DNA of 63,947 nucleotides, filler included, from an uncultured bacterium (GCA_964609495.1; 3 parts of 3 records of this genome joined end to end with filler, not necessarily neighbours in it), one strand, 5' to 3'; shown: positions 1 to 11,143, counted from the whole stretch's first letter. Notes: generated from the sequence alone by a model not told the origin. Numbers and translations: made by a program.

Positions 1-366
1 ATCGCCATCCTAATGCAGGCATTCTTAGTCGAGGTAGCTTTATCTCTTGGGAGAGGGAAGAATCTTAAAAATTTCGTGCTTGCGGGCGCTTTGGCAGAAT
101 TTTGGAATATCATCCATCCCTTTATAACTCAGGGGATACTGGCTGGATGGGGGATCATCAGGGTATATCTCTGGTTGGTAAATAAAGGTGCTGAACTTCT
201 GGGCATCTCCTCCCAATATGCCCTTTTGATATTCATTTCACTCCTTCTGATTAGGGTGATTGCTGGAATATTCGCTGGCTTCATCGGTTGGGAGGTAGCA
301 TCGGCAGTAAAAGAAAGGTTATCGCTTCTTGGCTCTGAAGAACAAATTAAAGGAGGAACAAAGTGA
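1..366 (+). CDS. Membrane protein, probable ECF-type transporter substrate-specific component (5' truncated by window edge)
   Basis: Frame is open from base 1; several hydrophobic helices; lies in an operon with an EcfT-like gene. Confidence 0.5.
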   Translation: MAILMQAFLVEVALSLGRGKNLKNFVLAGALAEFWNIIHPFITQGILAGWGIIRVYLWLVNKGAELLGISSQYALLIFISLLLIRVIAGIFAGFIGWEVASAVKERLSLLGSEEQIKGGTK

Positions 367-827
367 AAAAGCTCATAATTTCGGTGTTTATCATCTCACT
401 ATTCATCACCTCTTTATTAGTCTATGCTCGGGAAGAGGAAGAAGTATGGCAACTTGTTATAAAAGACGGGGAAAGAGAGGTTAAGTTCACTCTTCCTGCT
501 CTCAAGGAGTTGCCTTCTACAGAGATAGAGTACACAAGCAAGAAGACGGAGAAGGTTAATTCTTACCGAGGGGTCATCTTAAAGATACTGCTGGAAGAAG
601 CGGAGGCAGACATAGAGAAGCTGAAAGGTGTGGAAGTAGAAGCAGGCGATCTCTATATGGCTAAGTATAACAGAGAGCAGGCACTCAAGGATAGCACTGT
701 TCTGGCTTACGAAATGGATGGTTGCCCTCTTACTGAAAAGATGGGGACAGTTCGTTTGTTATCCCCTGGGGAGGAGAGTGGGCTACAGGTCAAAGATGTG
801 ATTAGGTTGATCATAAAATATCGATGA
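363..827 (+). CDS. Secreted protein with molybdopterin-oxidoreductase-like (Oxidored_molyb) domain
   Basis: Signal peptide; FTLPALKELP, YRGVILKILL and LAYEMDG.PL...GTVRL motifs typical of this fold; AGGAGG RBS. Confidence 0.6.
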   Translation: MKKLIISVFIISLFITSLLVYAREEEEVWQLVIKDGEREVKFTLPALKELPSTEIEYTSKKTEKVNSYRGVILKILLEEAEADIEKLKGVEVEAGDLYMAKYNREQALKDSTVLAYEMDGCPLTEKMGTVRLLSPGEESGLQVKDVIRLIIKYR

Positions 828-1552
828 GATTTGGCTTGCTTCCCGGACATTCGGGGAAAGAAGACAAATATAAATTAAGCATATATGGAGGATTATTATT
901 CCTTATCTTCGTTTTGGGGGGGATAATAATCCTTCCTAAGAGCAAGGTATTCTTCCTCTTAGGATATGTCGCTCTAATAACTATAATCTTCGTTCCCCAC
1001 TATTTTAAACTTCTCTTTCGCCCTAGAATCCTCATCTTTCTATTTCTAATTATCGTTATAAATGGGCTAATAGATGGTGGCGAGAAGAAGCTGATCATCT
1101 GGAAGCTAGCCCTGTCCAAGGAGGGTCTCTTAAGAGGAAGCTGGATGGCCGCTAGGGCTATCTCCATCATCTTAGCTGTTTTTATATTCACCGGAGGGGT
1201 ATCTTTAGGAGAATTACTACAATTTTTCAATGGTCTGGGGCTACCAGAATTAGGGTTCACTTTCGGTTTAGCTCTCAACCTTCTTCCCCTTGTTCAGAGA
1301 GTTAGTAACTCTGTATTTACCGCTATGCGCCTACGGGGAGGGTTTCGTAGAAATCGTTGGCGTTCCCTTCGCCTTCTCCTCATCACAATTATAGTTAATA
1401 TTCTTCGCTATGGTGAGGATATAGTATGCGCTGCTGAAACTAGAGCTTTTACTGGTAAGCTAAATAGAGCTCCTCTAAGTCCTCCTACTTTATATGATCT
1501 TGTCTTACTTATTTCCACTTTATCCGCCAGCATAATCATTATTCTTCTGTAG
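824..1552 (+). CDS. Energy-coupling factor transporter transmembrane component T (CbiQ/EcfT family)
   Basis: TM helices plus two conserved X-R-X motifs (AMRLRG, AAETRAF). Confidence 0.8.
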   Translation: MRFGLLPGHSGKEDKYKLSIYGGLLFLIFVLGGIIILPKSKVFFLLGYVALITIIFVPHYFKLLFRPRILIFLFLIIVINGLIDGGEKKLIIWKLALSKEGLLRGSWMAARAISIILAVFIFTGGVSLGELLQFFNGLGLPELGFTFGLALNLLPLVQRVSNSVFTAMRLRGGFRRNRWRSLRLLLITIIVNILRYGEDIVCAAETRAFTGKLNRAPLSPPTLYDLVLLISTLSASIIIILL

Positions 1553-1741
1553 ATTTCACAATAATGATTGTCAATTAGGAGAAACAAATAAAATCATTAT
1601 ATATATTTAAAGATAAATGAGCTTGGTAACAATAGGACGATGATTAACGTATAGCGAGCAAGGTAGCGATTCGCTTTCCTTACGATCTCCTTGCCAGAAA
1701 GAATAGTCGTTGGATGAATGACTAATAAAAGTTTAAACCTC

Positions 1742-1770
1742 TTGCCAATATTGTCTTTCTATGATATAAT
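1742..1770 (+). promoter_or_regulatory. sigma70-type promoter
   Basis: TTGCCA-17 bp-TATAAT with extended -10 TG. Confidence 0.55.
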
Positions 1771-2189
1771 ATATATAGCTCTTTTTAATACAAAGTATAG
1801 ACTTAATTGACGTGAGATTGCGGAATGATAATCTGTGATTAATTATGATCATCTCTCAATTAGGTATAAGAGTTGTCTCAACTCACTGCATTGAGGATGT
1901 GATATCCGGTTGTGATATCTGGTGAAGAGAGAAAAGGAAATAACTAGGGAGATTACTAAAAATAAGTATAACGCACGACTTCTTGGATATGAAGCATTAC
2001 GCTATTTGGCTATATTGAAGAATAAGAAGGGAGGGAGTAGAGAATATTGGGCTGCGAATGATATTGCCAAGTTCGTTTTTCGCAGAGCTGGATATCGATG
2101 ATATTTGGATGAATGTCCTTAAAATAGAAAGCTATGAGAATCATAATCAGGTCTCTGGCGATTGCTAGTCAGGATAGCGAGGGTGGAAG

Positions 2190-4361
2190 GTGTTTGTTTA
2201 TAGATTAAGGAAAAATTTGGTATTTCTATATCTATTTATATTCTTATTGGGAACTACTTCTCTGGGACTAGCTTTAGCCCAGGAGAATGATGGTGATAGG
2301 GATGAAGAATTGGTTATGTTAACTTTTCCCTTTCAGCAGAAGGGAGAGACGGAGGCCTTCGGGTGGTTAAGTGAAGCTCTTCTTTCTATGATTGATAGGG
2401 ACCTTTCAGCTTTAGATGAGGTTCAGTTAATAGATAGGTCTGAAGTCCAACGACTAGAGGAGGAGATGAAGCTCGCCGAGCTGGAAAAAGTATTAGAGGT
2501 GATAGATAAATCGGTTAGGAAGAAGATCGGCGTAATGATAGGGGCGGATATAGCTCTGTTAGGAAGCTTCGAGGTCGAGGGAGAGCAGCAATTATCTATA
2601 ACCGTTAAGGTTTTCAATTTGAAATTGGGTGAGTTAACTAGGCAGGAAGAGGCCTCAGGAAAGATAGGAGATCTCTTCAAATTAGAGAATCAGTTAGTAT
2701 TCAAGGTCTTAGACAGTCTATTTATTCGTCCCGATGCTGAGGAGCAGAAGTTAATTGGAGATATCGAAACCGATTCCCTAGAGGCTGCTTTTCACCTCTA
2801 TCAAGGGATAAATTATATAGATCAGGCTATAGAACTTTATCACGGAAAGAATTATCCTGATCAAAAACTCTGGGCTTCCGCTATCAAGCACTGTTCAAAA
2901 GCGATAGATATAGACCCCAATTATGCTCTAGCCCATTACTATTTAGCTACCATATATGAGCGAACTGGCTGGTATGGAAGGGAGACCGGGGCTTGGGATA
3001 TGTATCTCGACCTAGCTCCGAATGGACGTTGGGCTGAAAAAGCTAGGGAGAAATCGATAGAGGATCATCTGAGTCAAGGGAAAGCTTTATTCTCTGCGGG
3101 GAAGTATGAAGCCGCTATAAGGGAGTTCATAAGGGTTCTGAAGAGAGATCCTGATTCCTTCGGAGCTCATTATTGGTTAGCTAAAATCTATGAGAGGACT
3201 GGAGAGAGTGAGAAGGCTTTAAGGGAATGGAATAGAGTTTTAGATCTGCGACCTGATAACGCGGAGGCTAAGAAATTTGTCGGTATTCACGAGATGGAGA
3301 AGCTTTACGGAAAAGAAGCTTATGATCATTATCAAGCTGGAGTAAAGTTCTATGAAGCTGGTGACTATAAGAAGGCTGGGGAGGAATTGGAGAAGGCTGT
3401 TGAAGGCAATCCCATTTTCTTCTTAGAAGCCCACAAGTATTTGAGAGATGCTTATTACGCGACAGAACGGTTCAACGAATATCGAGCTGAGCAATTATGG
3501 ATAATAGATGCCTCGGACCTAGATCGGAAACAATCTGCTTTAGAATATTTGAGCCTGGGCTTGAAGCTTCGAGCGGGTGGTCAGATGGAACTAGCCCTGC
3601 GAGAGTTCAAGAGAGCTTCTGATTTTGATCCTCAGCTTATAGAAGCTCGACTGGCTATAGCTATGGTTCATAGCGAAATGGGAGAATTAAGATCAGCTTT
3701 GGAGGAATGTCAGAGGATATTGATCTTATCTCCTAATTTCAAAGAGGCTAGAGAACTTCTCACTCAGGTAAGATATAAGATCGGAGCGAAGCTAGAGGAG
3801 ATCGAAGCGACTAAGGGGATAGGGGAGGAAGAGGTTGCGATTAAAGAAGAGAGGGAAGTAATCCCTTCTGCAAAGAGTCCCCCTCCGGAGAAGAAGGACG
3901 ACTTCTACAGTCATTATAAACGGGGTTATAACTTATATATAAGGGGGAGGTATCAAGAGGCTATAGAGGAATTGGACAAAGCTCTCAAAATAAAACCCTC
4001 CTCCGCTCAAGCTTATGAATATCTAGCTAGAACTTATCAGAAATTGGGGGATGTTGATAAATATATAGAGATGAAGAGGTCAGCTATCGATTTCTCCGAT
4101 AGAGATAGAGGAGAGGTTGCATTGGCCCATTATAAATTTGGCTATGAGATGTACTCTCAGGGGAATAAACTAGTGGCTTTAGATGAATTTCAGATGGCGA
4201 CCCAACTCGATCCCGCTCTCGCCCAGGCTCACTATTGGCTGGGGCGGATCTATTACGAGGGTGGCAATTATGAGATGGCTAAAGCGAAATTAGAGGAGAC
4301 GCTCAGATTATCTCCAGGTCATAAAGGGGCCGCATATCTATTAGAAAGGATGAGGGAATAA
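2190..4361 (+). CDS. Secreted tetratricopeptide-repeat protein with N-terminal CsgG/TolB-N-like domain
   Basis: Signal peptide; N-terminal 'LIDRSEV...GADIALLGSF' domain; many TPRs (e.g. DPNYALAHYYLA, DPALAQAHYWLG). Confidence 0.8.
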   Translation: MFVYRLRKNLVFLYLFIFLLGTTSLGLALAQENDGDRDEELVMLTFPFQQKGETEAFGWLSEALLSMIDRDLSALDEVQLIDRSEVQRLEEEMKLAELEKVLEVIDKSVRKKIGVMIGADIALLGSFEVEGEQQLSITVKVFNLKLGELTRQEEASGKIGDLFKLENQLVFKVLDSLFIRPDAEEQKLIGDIETDSLEAAFHLYQGINYIDQAIELYHGKNYPDQKLWASAIKHCSKAIDIDPNYALAHYYLATIYERTGWYGRETGAWDMYLDLAPNGRWAEKAREKSIEDHLSQGKALFSAGKYEAAIREFIRVLKRDPDSFGAHYWLAKIYERTGESEKALREWNRVLDLRPDNAEAKKFVGIHEMEKLYGKEAYDHYQAGVKFYEAGDYKKAGEELEKAVEGNPIFFLEAHKYLRDAYYATERFNEYRAEQLWIIDASDLDRKQSALEYLSLGLKLRAGGQMELALREFKRASDFDPQLIEARLAIAMVHSEMGELRSALEECQRILILSPNFKEARELLTQVRYKIGAKLEEIEATKGIGEEEVAIKEEREVIPSAKSPPPEKKDDFYSHYKRGYNLYIRGRYQEAIEELDKALKIKPSSAQAYEYLARTYQKLGDVDKYIEMKRSAIDFSDRDRGEVALAHYKFGYEMYSQGNKLVALDEFQMATQLDPALAQAHYWLGRIYYEGGNYEMAKAKLEETLRLSPGHKGAAYLLERMRE

Positions 4362-4756
4362 TGAGAAGAACATTACTGTTTATAATCATCTTAGGAGTGA
4401 TCTTGACCATTGTTATAACAACTCAAGCCGAAGAGATTTATCTGATGGATGCTAAGACCAAGGAACCTTTAAAGGCCCAGATATGGGGTTATCTGGATGG
4501 GGTATTCACTATCAGAGTTGGGGATAAATTTTATCAACTGAAGCGAGATGATATAAGATATATCTCTTTTACTGGGATTGGAGGATGGGAGACTAGATGG
4601 TTAATAGACGAAAATGTGGAAGCTCAAAGATGCTTCCCAGTAGATAGGGCTCTCAGATTGAAGATCATAAACGACGGATGGATAACTGTTCCTCAAAGTT
4701 CGGGAGCCGCAGTCGCTCTTTGGTATGTAGTCACCCGTGATCTGCTCAGAAAATAA
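4361..4756 (+). CDS. Small secreted hypothetical protein
   Basis: Signal peptide ending TQA-EE; start overlaps the TPR gene stop. Confidence 0.6.
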   Translation: MRRTLLFIIILGVILTIVITTQAEEIYLMDAKTKEPLKAQIWGYLDGVFTIRVGDKFYQLKRDDIRYISFTGIGGWETRWLIDENVEAQRCFPVDRALRLKIINDGWITVPQSSGAAVALWYVVTRDLLRK

Positions 4757-4760
4757 GGTG

Positions 4761-6254
4761 ATGAGATATCATTCTCGCTTTATCTCTCTGGCTCTAATCT
4801 CAGCACTTTGGTTGATCGTAAGCCAAAGTATATCCGCCGAGGAATTAGATTTTGAAGGGCGATTTGAGCTCAATTGGACAAGAATTAAGGCTGAGGGTGA
4901 TCTCGACAAGTTAAAAGAGGACGAGGATATAGAGCCAGAGGCAGGGAGTTGGGAAGGAGAGTATGAGCTTATCTTATCTAAGGATCTCAGCAAGGAGGTA
5001 AGGGCAGAGGTAGAGATCAATAGTGATGATGGGGAATTTCAGATAGATCATCTATTGTTGGATATGGGGAAGACGGACCTTACCGTAGGTCGCCTCGAAG
5101 CTGAGTTTACTCCCTATACCTTACATAACGAGTTTCAAGGGATATACCTTAGTAAAGTAGGAATTAAGGATCGAACTGGCACGAAGATAATCGAACTAAA
5201 TACCTTAGCGGCTCAACTTGAGGAAGCAGACGGTAATAGTTATTATGATAGGTATCTGTTGGGTTTAAGGGGGAGAACAAAACTTGCGGGTTTTAAGGTC
5301 GGGACTTCGTTTCTGCGTTGCTTTAGTGATACCGATTTCGAATCGGTCGAGAGAGGGGCGATAATTCCGCTTGAGGAATTAGAAAAGAACTCGAAATCAA
5401 TATATGGACTTGATGCAGAGTGGGATTACCCCCTTTTTCTAATAGCTTATTTAGGTTCTAAGTTAGAGTTAGCTGTTTTGAGTAACGATGAAGATATTTC
5501 GGACGAGATTCCAGCCGAAGTAGATTCCGCATTTTATACTATCTCCAAGGTGGAATTGGGGAGTTTTCTTCTGGAGTTCAACACTCGTAACATCGGTCCT
5601 CGTTTTGACCTTAGGGGATGGGCTGTAGGAGAGGACGAAGATGATTATCCCCAACCCTTCGCTAGAGGGGAAGCAGGATGGGGGATAGGGGCGAAATATC
5701 GAGTGCGACGCTCCACCATTATCGAAGGAAGTTATAACGGCTATCGGGATCGAACTATTCCTGTTAATAATTGGAAGGATATCATATCTATAGGTGGAGA
5801 AGAGCGGAAATTCGGCTCGGGAAGGTTATCAGCTAAGTTAACTCGTGAGAGTGAGCGATTTTCCGAGGATTATGGGGATTTATTCGGAGGTCATAAACTC
5901 ACTTATGCTTTAGATTTGACCTATGAGGGAAGGATCTTAGGAGATGCTAGGCTGGAACTAGAGTATAAGTATGAGAATTCTCTGGGAGCGGATGAGGAGG
6001 TAACTCATTTAAATTCTCTCTCGATAGACATAAAGAAGGAACTTTTAAGGGCTTTAACCTTAATTTTGAATATCAGCCTTGAGGATGAAACTCGAGATCA
6101 TTATAGGTCCGAATTCAAAGTAGGATTGGAATATTTCTTCGAAGAAGAGGCTAGCTGGAATATAAGTTATAAAACGATAATTTATGACGATAGGGAAGGA
6201 CAAGGAGATTATTACACTGACGAATTAAAAACTGGCGTTACAATAGGGTTATAA
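4761..6254 (+). CDS. Putative outer-membrane beta-barrel protein
   Basis: Signal peptide; repeated alternating amphipathic strands with aromatic residues (WGIGAKYRV, YALDLTYE, FKVGLEYFF, KTGVTIGL); start taken at the ATG after AAGGTG. Confidence 0.55.
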   Translation: MRYHSRFISLALISALWLIVSQSISAEELDFEGRFELNWTRIKAEGDLDKLKEDEDIEPEAGSWEGEYELILSKDLSKEVRAEVEINSDDGEFQIDHLLLDMGKTDLTVGRLEAEFTPYTLHNEFQGIYLSKVGIKDRTGTKIIELNTLAAQLEEADGNSYYDRYLLGLRGRTKLAGFKVGTSFLRCFSDTDFESVERGAIIPLEELEKNSKSIYGLDAEWDYPLFLIAYLGSKLELAVLSNDEDISDEIPAEVDSAFYTISKVELGSFLLEFNTRNIGPRFDLRGWAVGEDEDDYPQPFARGEAGWGIGAKYRVRRSTIIEGSYNGYRDRTIPVNNWKDIISIGGEERKFGSGRLSAKLTRESERFSEDYGDLFGGHKLTYALDLTYEGRILGDARLELEYKYENSLGADEEVTHLNSLSIDIKKELLRALTLILNISLEDETRDHYRSEFKVGLEYFFEEEASWNISYKTIIYDDREGQGDYYTDELKTGVTIGL

Positions 6255-6266
6255 GCAGGGGTTGAG

Positions 6267-6737
6267 GTGAAAGCCTCCAAATTAAGAGATAGTTTCAAAT
6301 TTGCCATAGAGGGTGTAGGATATGTCTTAAAGACTCAGCGCAATATGCGCCTGCACTTTATATCTGCAATAGCGATCTTGGCCGCGGGCTTAATACTAAA
6401 GATAAGCTATCTAGAACTTGCTATCCTATCTTTAACCATAGCTTTAGTTATCATTGCTGAGATGTTCAATACCGCAGTGGAGGTGATCATAGATCTACAA
6501 ACATCGGAGCGTCATCCCATCGCTAAGATAATCAAAGATATTGCCGCTGGCGCCGTTTTAATAAGTGCTATAAACGCGGTGGCAGTTGGCTTTTTGATCT
6601 TTACTCGTCATCTTATACTATTGCTGTATCATTTGAGGGATATTTTTAGATGGGATAATTTGCTAACCATTTTTCTAATTGTAGTGGGGGTTGTAACTGG
6701 TCTGTTATCTTTTTTTGGCTCTGGAAGAGTCAAGTAG
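6267..6737 (+). CDS. dgkA: Diacylglycerol/undecaprenol kinase
   Basis: SFKFAIEG, QRNMRLH, AEMFNTAVE and KDIAAGAVL motifs. Confidence 0.9.
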   Translation: MKASKLRDSFKFAIEGVGYVLKTQRNMRLHFISAIAILAAGLILKISYLELAILSLTIALVIIAEMFNTAVEVIIDLQTSERHPIAKIIKDIAAGAVLISAINAVAVGFLIFTRHLILLLYHLRDIFRWDNLLTIFLIVVGVVTGLLSFFGSGRVK

Positions 6738-6739
6738 AA

Positions 6740-7522
6740 ATGTCGGAAATTGGGGGTGAGATATTGAAGAGTTCTCTCATATTTCTAGTCCTCATATTAT
6801 CCTTGCTTTATACGTCTAATAGCAAGGCTCGAGATCTTACGGCTAATGATATAGTTTCGAAGATCAGAGATAAGCAGAATCGGGTTAAAGATCTTCAGGG
6901 GAAGATCATGATAAAATCTTATCTTCCCAATGGTCAGAGGCAGGTTATAAAGGCGAAGGTGGTGTTAAAACAGCCGAAAGAGGTCCGTTTGGAGTATCTA
7001 TCCCCAGAGCTTTTTGCGGATCAGATAATTATCTCCAGTGGGGATAAGGTCTGGATGTTCCTTCCTCTCTCGGAGGAGTGGAAGGAGTTCGACCTTGGTG
7101 ATCTTCCCCAAACTAGAGAGGAACAGATGGATATACTGAACGCCCTGTTGATTAGAGTCGATGATTATGATTTTGAGCTTTTGGGGAAAGACACTCTGGA
7201 CAAACAGCAAACCTATTGCCTAAGGCTGAGGCCTAAGAAAGATGAGAAGAAATCCGATTCTCTTAGAATGTGGGTTGATGCCGAGAGGATACTTCCTCTT
7301 AATATCGAAGAATATGATGAGAGTGGTAATTCTTTAGGGAGAATTACCTTTGGAGGCTACATAAATTTCGGTGATGGTGTGTGGCTTCCTCTCTTGATGT
7401 ATTCCTTCGATGCTAATGGTTCCCTTGCTATTGAGACCTCCTTTGAAGGAGTGAAATTAAATTCTGGTTTAGATGAAAAGCTGTTTGAACCTCCCAAAGG
7501 AGCTATCTCTGAGGATTGGTAG
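6740..7522 (+). CDS. LolA-like outer-membrane lipoprotein carrier/sorting protein
   Basis: Signal peptide; KQPKEVRLEY, ISSGDKVW, MWVD and NSGLDEKLFEPP motifs. Confidence 0.75.
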   Translation: MSEIGGEILKSSLIFLVLILSLLYTSNSKARDLTANDIVSKIRDKQNRVKDLQGKIMIKSYLPNGQRQVIKAKVVLKQPKEVRLEYLSPELFADQIIISSGDKVWMFLPLSEEWKEFDLGDLPQTREEQMDILNALLIRVDDYDFELLGKDTLDKQQTYCLRLRPKKDEKKSDSLRMWVDAERILPLNIEEYDESGNSLGRITFGGYINFGDGVWLPLLMYSFDANGSLAIETSFEGVKLNSGLDEKLFEPPKGAISEDW

Positions 7523-7606
7523 TATGAGAAGCCTTTAAGTCTTCTTCACCTCCCAATATAATTTTTCAAAACAAAAAGGTTTAATTTCAAAAGGAGGTGC
7601 CCATTA

Positions 7607-9010
7607 ATGGCGAAACTTTACGATCAAGTAAGGGATTACACCGTTAAGCAGGTTACTACCCAAGCAATGAAGCTTTTGGTACGTTTGTCAGATGAGGATC
7701 TGATAAAGATAACTTATCTAGCGGAGAGATTGACTAACGTTGAGAGTGTAAGGTCTGACATAAGAGCTGCTAGGGAGGCGCTAAAGAATAGCGATAGTAG
7801 TTGGCTTAAATTAGCAAAACGAACCCATGATAGTATGTGCTCTAACGCCCTAGAGAAGTTAATTCAGAATCTTCTGATAAATCAGATCCTACTTGGGGGA
7901 ACGAAGAGGAGAGGATTTGAGGAACAGTATGGATTTCATCCTCCTTTCGTCATAGTGATAAGCCCTACTATGCGTTGTAACCTAAACTGTCCGGGTTGTT
8001 ATGCCGCTGAATATAGCAAGAAGGATGACCTTCCCCATGAGATCTTCGACAGGGTCCTTAGGGAGGCTAAGGAGTTAGGGATTCACTTCATAACTATCTC
8101 CGGAGGAGAGCCCTTTGTGAGAGAGGATCTGCTGGATATGTTCGCTAAGTATAACGATATGTACTTCCATGTCTATACTAATGGAACCTTTATAGATAGG
8201 GAAGTCGCTCACAGATTAGCGGAGTTAGGGAATGTAGCTCCAGCGATCAGTATAGAGGGATACGAAGAGGAGACCGATAGGCGAAGAGGAAAGGGGGTCT
8301 ATCGGAAAGTCCTTCAAGCGATGGATAATCTGCGGGAGGAGGGTGTCCCCATCGGAGCTTCAATAACTGTGACGAAGTATAATTCGCAGGTCGTAGCCTC
8401 AGAGGATTTCGTTGACAGCCTAATTGAGAGAGGTGTTCTCTTTACCTGGTACTTCCAATATATCCCGATAGGAAGAAATCCTTCTGTGGAACTGATGAGT
8501 ACTCCTGAGCAGAGGAATTACCTTCGCAAACAGGTATATCGAATGAGGAATGAAAAGCCAATATTGTTGATGGACTTCTGGAATGATGGGCCAGCCGCTG
8601 GGGGATGTATCGCTGGAGGGCGTTCTTATTTCCATATCAACGTAAATGGAGATGTTGAACCCTGTGTATTCGCTCACTTCGCGGTTGATAACATCAGAGA
8701 TAAGAGCCTCGCGGAAGCTATAAATTGTCCCTTCTTCAAGGGGATAAGGCGAGCTCAGAAGGAGATGAAAAATAAGCTTATCCCCTGTATGATAATAGAT
8801 CGTCCTGCTGTTCTGAGAAGATTAGTCGAAGAGTATGGAGCTCATCCTACCCATGAGGATGCAGAGAGTATTGTCACCAAGTTTGCCGATTTCCTCGATA
8901 AATATGGAGCGGAGATGAAAGAGATCACCGATCCGATATGGCAGAGATATTTGGAGACTGGAGATTGGAGAGAAGTAGATGCCGAGGAACCGGTTGAAGT
9001 GGGCAGTTGA
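7607..9010 (+). CDS. Radical SAM protein with C-terminal SPASM/twitch domain (possible membrane-spanning-lipid synthase family)
   Basis: CNLNCPGC, SGGEP, YTNGT, GCIAGGRSYFHINVNGDVEPC; AAGGAGG RBS. Confidence 0.85.
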   Translation: MAKLYDQVRDYTVKQVTTQAMKLLVRLSDEDLIKITYLAERLTNVESVRSDIRAAREALKNSDSSWLKLAKRTHDSMCSNALEKLIQNLLINQILLGGTKRRGFEEQYGFHPPFVIVISPTMRCNLNCPGCYAAEYSKKDDLPHEIFDRVLREAKELGIHFITISGGEPFVREDLLDMFAKYNDMYFHVYTNGTFIDREVAHRLAELGNVAPAISIEGYEEETDRRRGKGVYRKVLQAMDNLREEGVPIGASITVTKYNSQVVASEDFVDSLIERGVLFTWYFQYIPIGRNPSVELMSTPEQRNYLRKQVYRMRNEKPILLMDFWNDGPAAGGCIAGGRSYFHINVNGDVEPCVFAHFAVDNIRDKSLAEAINCPFFKGIRRAQKEMKNKLIPCMIIDRPAVLRRLVEEYGAHPTHEDAESIVTKFADFLDKYGAEMKEITDPIWQRYLETGDWREVDAEEPVEVGS

Positions 9011-9023
9011 GCATAGGTGAAGT

Positions 9024-9077
9024 GTCACGAGCTGGCACCTCCAATTCGAAAACACTGCCGAGGTGCTAGCTCATAAC
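9024..9077 (+). terminator. Intergenic hairpin after the radical SAM gene
   Basis: GAGCTGGCACCTC...GAGGTGCTAGCTC stem; weak U-tract. Confidence 0.45.
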
Positions 9078-9084
9078 CTATTAA

Positions 9085-10413
<1,329 letters not shown>

Positions 10414-10453
10414 AGCTTCCGATTTTTCTATCCCCGAGATAGGTGATATCGAA

Positions 10454-10768
10454 ATGGCTAAGAAGATCAGAAGGGGTAAAAATTTTCTCTGGATTTATAT
10501 TATAGGTATCCCCATCATCTTACTCCTTATTTTCTCTCTTATAGGGAATCTATGGCAGAGAAGAGCGATGCTCAAGGAACTCTCCGAAGTTCAACAAAAG
10601 TACCAGAATCTAGTGGAGGAGAATGAGGAGTTGGGTTGGGAGATAGAGGCGCTCAGTGAAAATGACGACTATCTTGCTCTTCAGATCAGCGAGGTAATGG
10701 GGATGATCAAACCTGGAGAAGTTATCTATAAGGTCGTAGTCAATGATAAGCAAGAACTTGAGAAATAA
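10454..10768 (+). CDS. ftsB: Septum formation initiator FtsB/DivIC family
   Basis: Single TM, coiled coil and GMIKPGEVIY tail; follows eno. Confidence 0.75.
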   Translation: MAKKIRRGKNFLWIYIIGIPIILLLIFSLIGNLWQRRAMLKELSEVQQKYQNLVEENEELGWEIEALSENDDYLALQISEVMGMIKPGEVIYKVVVNDKQELEK

Positions 10769-10792
10769 TCTCCGAAAATTTTAAATAAGCCC

Positions 10793-10821
10793 TTGACGAT
10801 TTCAGATAATTCAGTTATAAT
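10793..10821 (+). promoter_or_regulatory. sigma70 promoter of tRNA operon
   Basis: TTGACG-17 bp-TATAAT. Confidence 0.75.
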
Positions 10822-10841
10822 ATAAGGGTAGGTGAGAGTTA

Positions 10842-10930
10842 GCCGGGATGGCGGAATTGGTAGACGCTGTGGACTTAAAATCCATTGAGCCTTTTAGCTC
10901 GTGCCGGTTCGATTCCGGCTCCCGGCACCA
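10842..10930 (+). tRNA. tRNA-Leu(TAA)
   Basis: GCCGGGA acceptor stem, anticodon loop CTTAAAA, long variable arm, GGTTCGATTCC, encoded CCA. Confidence 0.97.
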
Positions 10931-10941
10931 GGAGTTAAGAT

Positions 10942-11018
<77 letters not shown>

Positions 11019-11036
11019 AGTAATTAAGTGAAGGAT

Positions 11037-11112
11037 GGCGGTGTAGCTCAGTGGTTAGAGCAGGAGAATCATAATCTCCGTGTCCGGGGTTCGAGTCCCT
11101 GCACCGCTACCA
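11037..11112 (+). tRNA. tRNA-Met(CAT), elongator
   Basis: GGCGGTG acceptor stem with C3:G70, anticodon loop ATCATAA, GGTTCGAGTCC, CCA. Confidence 0.9.
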
Positions 11113-11143
11113 TTGATTTTTCTAATTGAATTTATTTTTTCTG

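Noticed and set aside
11037..11112. CAT-anticodon tRNA next to tilS as possible tRNA-Ile2
   Set aside because: The acceptor stem has C3:G70, G4:C69 and G5:C68, which fits elongator Met rather than the C4:G69/C5:G68 TilS determinants
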